A DNA stretch of 64,000 nt, taken from contig OZ244847.1 of assembly GCA_965220765.1 (NCBI GenBank), forward strand, positions 320,646 to 384,645, written 5' to 3'. Position 1 is the stretch's first letter; every line of letters begins with the position of its first letter. The position numbers and the translations under genes are program-made. Positions 19,548 to 31,000 of this stretch are shown here, piece after piece. The DNA comes from Candidatus Latescibacterota bacterium (GTDB lineage: Bacteria; Latescibacterota; UBA2968). Under the pieces are notes generated by a model that ran no database searches, was not told where the DNA came from, and saw only the letters and a list, made by a program, of their open reading frames with translations.

Positions 19548-20765
19548 TCAACGGCTCAAATCCAAACAAACCATCTCACTGTGGTTTCGAAGATAAAGCC
19601 TGCCATTCGCCAGCGTGGGTGGCGTCCAGCAACGGGGCGACAAAACCTGAGCACTGGCTTTTTCTATGTACGCTTCAGGTGTAGCTTCTACCAGAGCCAG
19701 CTTACCCTGTTCGCCCAGGACGATCAAATACCCGTCCGCAAAGATGAGTGACCCCTTTTGAAAGCCGCGTTTGCGCCATTGCTCCTGCCCGGTATCCGCG
19801 GCAATGCACTTGAGAATGGCGTTGTCAAAGCCATAGAGGTACCCTTCGTGACGTATGGAAGAGGCAAAGTGATTTCTCATACCGCGATTGAACCATACTT
19901 TTTTTACCGAAAACTGACCATTCTGGGAAATAAGCTGAATAACCGTCGCGCCTTTGCCATACCCCGAAGAGATAAAAAGTCTATCCGGAGCGAGAAAAAC
20001 AGGCGTAGCGGCATTGACATCGGGGCCCGTTTGCCAGGGATATCGCCACAGAAATCGGCCATCTCTGGCAGCGACACCAACCAGGCCAGAGGCTGGAAAA
20101 AAGACAATTTGCCGAACATCAGACACAGTAATAGCAATGGGTGAAGCATAAGAAGGCGCGTCATCTTGAGATGCCCATGCGACATTGCCGGTGGTTTTAT
20201 CAAAGGCAATAAAAGAGTTTCCAGAGGAACCCCCAACCTCTACAATCAGCAAGTCACCTTCTATCAAAGGGGAAGTAGAAAAGCCCCAGTGAGGGGGATC
20301 ACTTATGTATTCAGTCTGTAAATGGTGAGACCATACCGTTTCGCCGTCCTCAACATTGAGTGCATAAAGTTGTCCGTTTGCTCCCAAAAAGAAGGCCCGT
20401 TCTTTGTCAATTATGGGTGTCGATCTGGGACCATTCCCCCCCTGCCAGTCCGAAAAATTGCTTCCCGTCTTAACGCGCCAGCGCTCTTCCCCTGTAGCAG
20501 CATCCAGACATACCGCGTACTCATCTGTGCCTTCAGCAAACATAGTATAAGCTGCGCCCCGTGCAACGGCAATGCTCGAAAAACCCTCGCCCAGCGGGAT
20601 TCGCCAGAGAACAGCGGGCCCGGAATCAGGCCAGTTTTTGAGCACGCCTGTCTCAGAGGAAATCCCATCGCGATTGGGACCAAACCACTGCGGCCAATCG
20701 GCAGCAAAGCCACTGCCCGTCAGGAAGAGCGAGGCAATTGATAAAGTGATCATGAGGATGTGCAT
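19548..20765 (-). CDS. PQQ-like beta-propeller repeat protein (BamB-like), secreted
   Basis: Signal peptide from internal Met (MHILMITLSIASLFLTGSGFAADWPQWFGPNRDG), ATG complement at 20763-20765; repeated WRxxxG propeller motifs; ORF track start 20801 is GTG. Confidence 0.6.
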   Translation of the reverse strand: MHILMITLSIASLFLTGSGFAADWPQWFGPNRDGISSETGVLKNWPDSGPAVLWRIPLGEGFSSIAVARGAAYTMFAEGTDEYAVCLDAATGEERWRVKTGSNFSDWQGGNGPRSTPIIDKERAFFLGANGQLYALNVEDGETVWSHHLQTEYISDPPHWGFSTSPLIEGDLLIVEVGGSSGNSFIAFDKTTGNVAWASQDDAPSYASPIAITVSDVRQIVFFPASGLVGVAARDGRFLWRYPWQTGPDVNAATPVFLAPDRLFISSGYGKGATVIQLISQNGQFSVKKVWFNRGMRNHFASSIRHEGYLYGFDNAILKCIAADTGQEQWRKRGFQKGSLIFADGYLIVLGEQGKLALVEATPEAYIEKASAQVLSPRCWTPPTLANGRLYLRNHSEMVCLDLSR

Positions 20766-21051
20766 GGAAACGCCTCCGCGTAAGAATCTATTTACAGGCA
20801 CAGCAAAGCGATAACGGGCCTGCCATTAATCTATGATTACTTCTTACCACTAACACTCTGTAAAACAACATCTTTCCAAACACTCTGTCAAGGGCTATGC
20901 GCGATTTTTGTTTTATATTTCTGGCAAATGTTAGTAAAAAATATTCTTGCAAGACTTTCTATAACTGCATAACATGGCACGCTCGTCCTCAACGCATTTG
21001 TGTCGTGTGGTGCTGCGTGCCATTCTTTAGTATGCCATTGGAAACCCTGCT

Positions 21052-21978
21052 ATGAATAACGTGTGGGAAATACCTGAACCTCTTTCGACATGCGAAGTCC
21101 AGCTCGACGATGACACCGTCACCACCTTACGGCGGCATGGAAATCCCGAAGGCCCCCGACTCGTTCTGAGCCACGGCAATGGCCTCGCAATAGATCTCTA
21201 TTACCCCTTCTGGTCACTTCTCGCCGATGATTTCGACCTCGTCATCTTCGACCTCAGAAATCACGGCTGGAATACCGTTGGTTCACGCGAAAAACACAAT
21301 ATCCCGACGCTGGTTCGCGACCAGCTCTGTATTTTTGAATCCATTGACCGTCGCTATGGGAATAAACCAAAAACCGGTATATTTCACTCTGCTTCTGCGC
21401 TGATAACCCTCCTATCGTCAACCGCTATGGCAGACCTGTGGTCGTCTGCTCAAAACAGCCATTTATCGGCGATGATTTTATTTGATCCCCCCTTGTGCAA
21501 GCCCGGCAATAGCCAGATAGAATTTGATAAGGCCATCGAACACGCAGCCGCAACTACCCGCCGCCGCGGGTATCTGTTTCAAACAGAAGAGGATTTTGCA
21601 GAACTCCTCAGCTATCTGCCCGGCTTCTCACGCGTCGTTTCCGGGGTTCGGGAACTCATGGCACTAACAACGCTTCGAAAGTCTGCTGATGAACAGGGTT
21701 ACGAACTTCGGTGTCCTCGCGAATACGAAGCGCAGATCACTGATTATTTCAGGAGTTTTTCTGCATTGGCGGATTTTGAAACACTGTCTTGTCCCACAAA
21801 GGTCATCGGAGCCGACCCCACCTTGCCCTATGCATTTCTGCCGACCATTGACCTTGGTGACATTCTAACTGTAGATTACGATTTCGTGCCAGAGGCAACG
21901 CATTTACTTCAATTGGAAAAACCAGCGAAATGCGTTGATATGGTCCGGGCATTTCTCGAAATTAATCGCCTGTTGTAA
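21052..21978 (+). CDS. alpha/beta-hydrolase fold protein, first gene of the PKS operon
   Basis: HGNGLAIDLYY...DLRNHG pattern of alpha/beta hydrolases; ends 26 nt before the PKS start. Confidence 0.6.
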   Translation: MNNVWEIPEPLSTCEVQLDDDTVTTLRRHGNPEGPRLVLSHGNGLAIDLYYPFWSLLADDFDLVIFDLRNHGWNTVGSREKHNIPTLVRDQLCIFESIDRRYGNKPKTGIFHSASALITLLSSTAMADLWSSAQNSHLSAMILFDPPLCKPGNSQIEFDKAIEHAAATTRRRGYLFQTEEDFAELLSYLPGFSRVVSGVRELMALTTLRKSADEQGYELRCPREYEAQITDYFRSFSALADFETLSCPTKVIGADPTLPYAFLPTIDLGDILTVDYDFVPEATHLLQLEKPAKCVDMVRAFLEINRLL

Positions 21979-22004
21979 AACCCGTGCGAACATGGAGGTG
22001 TCAC

Positions 22005-25000
22005 ATGAAGCCGGATAAATCAGACCAACCAATAGCGATCATAGGTATGGCGTGTCGATTTCCCAACGCGCCGAATATCTCTGCCTTCTGGCGTCTGCTC
22101 GAAGCCGGTCAGAACGCCGTGACAGAAGGGGCCCCAGGCTCTGGCGTTGGTCGCGTGGGCACGCTCTTCCCAAACGCTGAGGTGCAGAACGACGCCTGCC
22201 GTTTCGGCGCCTTCGTCGATGACATCGACCTGTTCGACGCCACCTTCTTCCGCATTTCGCCGGTCGAAGCGCAACTGCTGGATCCCCAGCAACGGATGAT
22301 GCTGGAGACGAGTTGGCAGGCGCTTGAGGACGCGGGGATAGATCCGGATCGGCTAAAGGGTAGCCGCACCGGTGTGTACGCAGGAATCAGCAACAACGAT
22401 TATCGGGGCGTAATTCTGGGATCCAGCAGAACTGCCGAGCCTTCCGCCAGCCTCTTCTCTGTCGCGGGCACCTCTCTGAACACAGCCATAGGTCGAGTAG
22501 CCTTCGCATTGGGTCTGGGGGGACCGGCAATGGCGGTAGATACTGCCTGTTCGTCGTCGCTGGTTGCGACAAACCAGGCGGTTGCTGAATTGCAGCAGGG
22601 CAAAGCGGATCTGGCACTGGCGGGCGGGGTGCAGGCGATCCTTTCCGGGCGGCTAACCGAACTGCGGGGAAATGCCGGAATGTTGTCGCCAGACGGGCAA
22701 TGCAAGGCGTTTGATGCATCTGCGAATGGCTTCGTGCGAGGTGAAGGCTGCGGAATTGTGGTCCTCAAACGACTGAGCGAAGCAGAGGCCGATGGCGATC
22801 ACATCTGGGGCGTCATCCGAAGCACCGCGGTAAACCAGGATGGCGCGAGTACAGGCCTGACGGTACCAAACGGTCCGGCACAGGAGCGCGTGATCGAAGA
22901 GGCACTATCGCGGGCGGGAATTCTGCCATCGGAAGTCGATTATGTAGAGGCACACGGAACGGGCACAGAGGTGGGCGACCCCATTGAGATAAACGCGACA
23001 GCAGCGGTGTACGGCAAGGGGCGCGAGGAGGACAACCCGATACTCGTCGGCTCGGTAAAAACAAATATCGGTCATCTGGAGCCAACCGCGGGGATTGCGG
23101 GCCTGATCAAGACCGTACTCTCGATGAAGCAGGGCGTGATCCCAAAGCATCTGCACTTCGAGAATCCCAATCCGAACATGGACTGGGATCGACTACCTCT
23201 GCGAGTGACTTCCGAGGCAATGGACTGGCCGCTCAACGCCGAACGACCACCGATTGCGGGAGTGAATTCGTTCGGATGGTCGGGCACAAACGCGCATGTT
23301 ATAGTGGAAGGGTACGGAACACCAAAAAGCAGTGATGAAGAGTATTTACCCGTGGGACTCGCACGGCCTGTTGCCATTTCTCTACCGAAGTCAGTGCTAC
23401 CGTCGGAGGAAGAACTCGGCGCGCGCAGGACGCGATTGCTGCCGCTATCGGGAAAATCCGATGAAGCGCTTCGAGACCTGGCGAGGCAGTACCTGAAACG
23501 CGATTTTGCTTCCGAAGATGAAGCCCTGCTTGCCGACATGGCGTGGACAGCCGGCGTGGGACGAAGCCATTTCCCTCACCGCGCGGGCATCGTATTCAGC
23601 GATGGCGCATCGCTGCGCGAGAGCCTGAATGCACTCGCAGAGATCAGCACGAGACCTGCGCCGCAAACACCCTCCAAAATCGCATTTGTATATACCGGAC
23701 AGGGTAGCCAGTGGGTCGGCATGGGCGAGCACCTGTACCACACCGAACCAGTGGTGCGGACAGTGCTGGACCAATGCGACGCCGTGCTGCGGGAAGCGAG
23801 AGGTGCCTCGTTGCTCGATGTGATATTCGGTCGCGCTGGTGATTTATCCGACCAGGAGTGGACACAACCAGCCATTTTTGCGATAGAATGTGCACTGACA
23901 GCACTCTGGAAAAGTGTGGGTATTACACCCGGTGTGGTGCTCGGACACAGTCTTGGAGAACTGGCAGCGGCGCAAGCAGCAGGTGTCTTTAGCATAGAAG
24001 AAGGTGTGCGATTTGCTGCGGCGAGAGGCGAACTGACAGCGACACTGCCCGGTGGTGGGGCCATGGCGGCCATTTTTGCGGACGTGTCACAGGTAGAATC
24101 AGCCCTCGACGAATTGAACGCAGCCTCCACAGGCGTGGGACTGAGCATTGCGGCATACAACGGAGCGCATCAGGTGGTGAGCGGTCCCGAAGAAGAGATC
24201 GAGACGATCTCCGAGCACTTCCTCGCGCAGGACATTCGGGTCAGCCGCTTGCGCACCACGCACGCATTCCACAGTGCATTGGTAGAGCCGATGCTGGACA
24301 AACTGGATGCCATAGTCTCAGAGATCGCGATCGCGCCCCCATCGCTCACCCTGGTGAGCAATGTGACGGGTCAGGTGCTGGAAACGGGAAAACGTCAGGA
24401 TAGTGCGTATTGGCGTCAGCACACGCGAAAGCCAGTGGCATTTGCGCCAAGCATCGAGACATTGGCTGGGCTGGGCGTCGATCTGGTCATTGAAGTGGGT
24501 CCGCACGCCGTGCTGAGTACAATGGCGACCCTGTCGTGGCCAGACACGGCAGGGGATCCTCCTGTTGCGCTACCGAGCTTATTGCGTCCCTCGTCCAAAG
24601 TGTCGCAAGCAGAAGCCGACCGCGCATTTACAGAGGCAGTTGCAAATGCTTATGAGGCGGGTCTTTCCGTGTCCTTTGCCGGACTGTTCGCAGGTGAAAC
24701 CCGGCGCCGTATTTCGCTACCGGGCTATCCTTTCCAGCGCGAACGCTACTGGGTCGAAACACCGAAACGACGGCGGCAAAGCACCGGTCATCCCCTCCTG
24801 GGCGAGAGGCATGAATCCGCCAGCGGCGAAATTGCGTTCGAGACGGAGATTTTTCCATCGGATCCGACTTGGCTGAACGATCACAGGGTGTTCGGCCGTG
24901 TCATAGCCCCGGGCGCGTTCTATGGGGCAATGGCGATATCGGCATCCACCGCCGAGAGAAGCGGATCGATGGTCATCGAGGAAATGCAACTGCACAATGC

Positions 25001-28000
25001 GCTGATCTTCCCGGAGGAGAGTGCGGATAACGATGAAGGCAGGGGCCGGGAAATGCAGGTTCTGCTCGAGGCTCCAGGGGAGGCACCCTCGCGCCTCGTT
25101 CGAATATTCAGCAAAGGAGAGGCCGAGGAGGATTGGACGCTGCACGCGGAATGTCGCGCGCCATCGGATGCCGGCGCCAGGCAAGCCTCTGAGCAGGTGG
25201 ATCTGGAAAGCCTGAAGGCCGGTCTGTCGCCCGAGGACGTGCCGGCGTTTTACCGCGCCAAGGCGGGCGTCGGGATTGATCTCGGCCCATCGTTCCGCAC
25301 GCTGAGGATGGTCTGGTCCCGGGCGGGCGAGGCGTTGGGAGAAGTGTGTTTTCCCGAGGCTCTCGGCGGGAACGATCTCGACGTACACCCGCTCCTGCTC
25401 GACGGTTGCTTTCAGGTGATGGGAGCCGCGCGCAATCCGGGTGGAGCCGAAGACGGAATCACCTATCTGCCGTTCGGCTGGGAGCGGCTGTGGCTGCCGG
25501 ATCGGCTACCGGATCGGTTTCTCTGCCACGTGCGCATGCGGGAGGCTTCGAAGAATCGGGAACCGGATGCCGAAACCGGCGGGTCGCCAGAGGTCTTCGT
25601 GGGGGATTTCCTTCTCTACGACCAGAGTGGGGTCCTGATCGGCGAATTGAGCGGATTCATGGTGAAGCGCGCGACGCGGGCGGCGCTGCTCTCGGCAGTG
25701 GAAGGGGTTCAGGAACTGCTCTACGAGGTCATGTGGCGCGAAAGCGCCCTTGCGCCGGGACTGCTGCCAGCGGATTTCCTTCCGAGTCCGGGAGAGGTTG
25801 CGGACCGCTGGGAGCTGTTCTCCGACTACCTGGCAGCGGAAGGAGTCGACGCCGGATTGAGGCCCGCCTGGTTGGCGGACCTCTCGTGCATGGCGCGGCA
25901 TTTTGCGCTCTCGGCCCTGGAGAAACTCGGATGGGAGAGGAAGGTGGGCACCGCCGTGGACTCCGAAGATTTGCGGCAGCGCCTGGGAGTCCTGGATGAA
26001 CACAGCCGTCTGTTCCGCCGGATGCTCGAAATATTGGCTCGCGCAGGCGTTCTGGAGGCGGCGGGCGAAGATTTTGTCGTTGCCGTAGGGGCTGGAGATC
26101 CCTTGCCAGAAGGAATTCCGGGCAATCCCGAGCAGTTCGCGGCACAAGTGAGCGAGCGTTACTCGTATGCTTCAAGCGAGATCGGGATTTTTCGCAGAAG
26201 CGCGGGTGCCCTGGCGGAAGTGCTTCGCGGCGAAGAGGATCCGCTGTCGCTTCTCTTCGGCAGCGGAGAACCCAGCGCCGCGGATCTCTATTTCAAGGCA
26301 CCGATATATCGAGCGTCGAACCGGATGCTGGGAGACGCGGTGCGAACACTTGTAGCCGGGTTGCCCGAAGGACGGCGCTTGAGGGTGATTGAGGTCGGGG
26401 CGGGTACCGGATCGGCGACCGAATCCGTCCTGCCTGAGCTTCCCGAAGGGCGGTACGACTACATGTACACGGATATCTCGGCGGGTTTCTTCGCGCAGGC
26501 AGAGGGGTTGTTCGGCGATGAGTGTATCGAGTACCGGGTGCTGGATATCGAAAAAGACCCCGTAGAACAGGGATTCGACGCCCACGGTTATGATTTGTTG
26601 ATTGCGTCCAATGTGCTGCACGCCACGCGGTACCTGGAGGAAACGCTGACGCATTGCAGGAGCCTTCTCGCGCCGTCGGGACATCTCGTGGCACTCGAGA
26701 ACCTTTGCGGCCAGGATTGGCTGGATATGACTTTCGGACAATTGGACGGCTGGTGGCGGTTCTCAGACGACTGCCGCCCCACCTACGCCCTGGCGGGGCC
26801 AGACGTATGGCGACAGTCCCTCGGCAGCGTGGGTTTCGAAGGCGTGGAGATTCTGGGACTGGGCGGACCCGACGCCGCCGAGATTCCGGATAGAGGCGTG
26901 ATTCTGGCGCAGCTGCCCGAGGACGTAGCCGAAAGACGCGGAGTATGGGTTCTGGCGGAGGACCGCGGCGGCGCGGCGGCGGTACTGGCCATGGAGTTGG
27001 CGGCGCGCAACCAGACGGTTGTGCTGGCGAGCGATGCAGGTTCGACGGGAGAGGGTCCGGCGGATGAAAAAACTGCTGTCATCCATACGTCCCTGGAGAT
27101 GGAGCACCGAGAATCGTGGCAGTCGCTGCTGGAAGGTCTGCCCGCAGATGCGCCGCTCAGCGGCGTCGTGCATCTCGTGGCGCTCGACGGTCGCGGGTCT
27201 GATACGACGACTGCTGAGATGGCGGAGGACGTAAAACGAGTAGGAGCGAGCGCATTGGCGCTGGCGCAGGGTCTGGCCGACGCCGATGTGACACCCGAGA
27301 AGGGCTTGTGGTTCCTCACGCGGGGCGCGCAGGTGCTGGAGCGCGAACGCGCCGGAGAGCTTGTCGGCGCGACGCTATGGGGTTTCGGAAAGGTACTGGC
27401 CCGGGAAGCATCCCACATGCAGCCGAAGATGATCGATCTGGATCCCGAGCCTACGGCACCGCCGATAGACCTCGCCAATGAACTGCTCTATCCCGATACG
27501 GAAGACCAAATCGTACACCGAGGCAGCCGACGCCGCGTAGCCCGCCTTGTCCGGACCGGCGAGGGGACGGATAGGATAAACTTGCCCGAAGAGCCGGGCT
27601 GGATGCTGGGGGTCGGCGAAGACGGCGCGATCGCTGACCTGCAGGTGGCGCCGACGCCGCTGGAGTCGAAAGAAGTTCGCGTGGCTGTCGAGGCCGCCGG
27701 GTTGAACTTCTGGGATGTGTTCGCGGCGCTCGGTTTGATTGACGAGAAATTCCTGGGCACGGAGTTTTGCGGCCATACCATCGAGGTCGGCTCCGAGGTG
27801 GCGAGCGTTGCGGTGGACGAGCGCGTGGTCGGATTGGCATTCGGCTCTTTCGGGCCGGAAGTGGTGACCCGGGCGGAACTCTTGGCACCCGCGCCACCGG
27901 ATTTGTCCGCCACGGCGCTCGCCTCAATGCCGACGGTGTTCGTGTCAGTCGCGCTGTCTTACGAACTCGCGGGGCTGAAAGCCGGTGACCGCGTGCTGAT

Positions 28001-31000
28001 TCACGCAGGCGCAGGCGGCGTGGGGCTTGCGGCCATCCAGTGGGCGCAGGCAGCGGGAGCGGAAGTGTTCGCGACGGCGAGCGCGCCGAAACAGGCGTAT
28101 CTCCGCTCGCTCGGTGTAAAGCATGTGTTCGACAGCCGTCAGACGAAATTTGGGGAGGAAATCCTCAAGGCCACGGACGGCGCAGGGGTCGATGTGGTAT
28201 TGAACAGCCTGACGGCGGAGGGTTTCATAGACGCGAGTCTGGCGTGTCTGGCGCATGGTGGCCGGTTCGTGGAATTGGCGGCGCGGGACATTCTGAGCGA
28301 GGAAGAGATGGCGGCCGTACGGCCGGACGTGGCCTATTACATCGTGAATCTTCATGCCCTGAAGGGGGATGACCCGGCGCGACCCGGCGCTTTGCTGAGA
28401 GACATCATGGAACGGCTGTCAGCGGGAGAACTAACGCCGCTCATCCACACCAGATGGCCGCTTGCCGAAGCGAGACGGGCCATTGAGTTCATGCGCGACG
28501 GCAGACACATCGGAAAAATCGCCTTTGCGAATTCGCCGCTCACCAGTGGGCGGTTGCGAGAGGATCGAACCTATCTGGTAACAGGTGGTCTGGGTGGGAT
28601 CGGGTGCGTAATGGCCGACTATTTGGCGGATCGCGGCGCAGGTGCAATCGCGCTAAACGGGCGCCGGGCACCGGACCCTGAAGCCGAAGAGACGATCCGC
28701 AGGCTGCGGGAACGCGGCGTGACAGTGCAGGTAGAGATCGCAGATGTGACGGACGCCGATGCAATAGATGAGATGCTGGCGCGGATGGATGAGACGCTAC
28801 CGCCGCTCGGGGGCGTAATCCACAGCGTGGGGGTATTGTCGGACGGTGCGCTCGGGAACCAGAGTTGGGAAAGATTCGAGCAGGTGCTGTGGCCGAAGGT
28901 GTTGGGCGCGTGGCATCTGCATCGCGCGACTGAGGACCGCGATCTGGATATGTTTGTCCTCTTCTCCAGCGTGGCCGGCGTGCTGGGCAATCCGGGCCAG
29001 TCGAATCACGCGGCGGCCAATGCGTTTCTGGATCAACTCGCCGCGCATCGCCGCGCACTCGGACTTCCGGGACAGACCATCGCCTGGGGCGCCTGGTCGG
29101 AACTCGGCGAAGCGGAAGAACAACGGGAACGGATTGCCGAACGGCTGGAAGCGCGAGGAACGGATTGGATCACGCCGCAGCAAGGTCTCAGGGCATTCGA
29201 CCAACTGGTGCGCGAGGACGCCGCGACATCCGTCGTGCTGGCAGCCGATTGGTCGTCTTACGAGGAGGGCCTGGAATACCGGATGCCCCTGCTGGAGGAT
29301 CTGCTCTCCACCATTTCAGAAGACGAGGCCGATTCGCCTGCTCTGGCGGACGACCTGATGTCCCGTCTGGCGGAAACGCCCGCGGCGGAGCGTGAAGCCC
29401 TGTTGGTATCGTTCCTACAGCAGGAATTACAGGCGGTGCTGAGGTTGCCGACAGCACCGGAGCCTACAGTGGGATTTTTCGATCTGGGGATGGACTCGCT
29501 GATGGCCGTAGAGTTGCGAAACCGCCTGAACCGGGCATTTGCCGATGAGTACGTGGTACCCAACACTGTGGTATTTGACTACCCGGACATCGCCCGTCTC
29601 GCCAACCATCTAATTGAGGAACTCGGCGAAGTCAGCACTGCGCCCGTCCCTCCACCCCAGGTGCAACCCGAACCAGAACCACAGACGGAAGTACAGCGCG
29701 AGGACAACGGTATTGCGATTGTGGGCATGGCCTGCCGCTTCCCCGGCGCCCCGGATCTTTCCGCCTTCTGGCAGCAGCTCGAAGCAGGTGCGGACGCGGT
29801 GACCAACGGACGCCGGGATTCCGGTTCATGGAACGCTCTTGCCAAAGACCTTCCTCCCGAATACGCCGCCTATCGCCGGGGCGGATTTGTGGAGGGAATT
29901 GATCAATTTGACGCGAGATTCTTTCGGATTGCGCCGATTGAAGCGCGCATGATGGATCCGCGGCAACGCATGATGCTGGAGACGACCTATCAAGCGCTCG
30001 AGGATGCGGGAATTGATCCAGACAAATTGAGGGGCAGCCGCACCGGGCTATACGCTGGCATCGCCACCAGCGAATACCGGGACCTGATGACAGCCAGCGA
30101 CCACGGCATCAGTTATCTGAGCACTGCCGCGAGCATGACGGTCGGGCGAATTGCTTTCCTTCTCGGTTTGGAGGGACCAACGATACCGGTGGAACTCAAC
30201 TGCGCGTCATCATTGGTCGCGGTACATCAGGCAGTGATGGGTTTGCGAGAGGGCGAAGTGGATATGGCTCTGGTTGGAGGGACACACGCAGTTCTGTCTC
30301 CTGAGTTAACCAAAGAGATGGCGGAGTTGGGGATATTATCGCGGGAAGGGCAGTGCAAAACCTTCGATGCCTCTGCGGATGGCTTCGTCCGGGGTGAGGG
30401 CTGTGGGATGATCGTCCTCAAACGGCTGAGCGAGGCAGAAGCCGATGGCGACCGCATCTGGGGCGTGATCCGCGGGTCAGCGGTCAACCAGAACGGGGCC
30501 AGCGCAGGACCCACAGTACCAAACGGACCGGCGCAGGAGCGGGTGATTGAGGAAGCACTGTCGCGAGCGGGCGTTGCCCCATCAGAAGTGGATTATCTGG
30601 AAGCACACGGGGGTGCGTCGGAGTTGGGCGATCCGATCGAAGTGCAGGCAGCGGCTACTGTTTATGGCAAGGGACGCGAAGCAGACCGACCGCTTTTGAT
30701 CGGCTCTGTGAAGACCAACATCGGTCACCTGGAACCAGCTGCTGGCGTTGCGGCTCTGATCAAGGCAGTACTCGCCATGAAGCGGGGGGTGATTCCTAAA
30801 AACCTGCACTTTGAGAATCCGAGCCCGCATATAGACTGGGACCGGCTTCCAGTACGAGTAACTTCAGAACTGACAGACTGGCCGCGCCATCCCGACCGAC
30901 CGCCGCGGGCGGGGGTCAGCGCCTTCGGGATATCGGGCACAAATGCCCATGCTGTCGTAGAAGGATATGACAGCCCGGATGCAACGCCTGTGGGTTCCGC

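Noticed and set aside
20974-20990. Possible sigma-54 promoter (TGGCACG) upstream of the hydrolase/PKS operon
   Set aside because: The -12 TTGC element is absent at the required spacing; only the -24-like hexamer matches.
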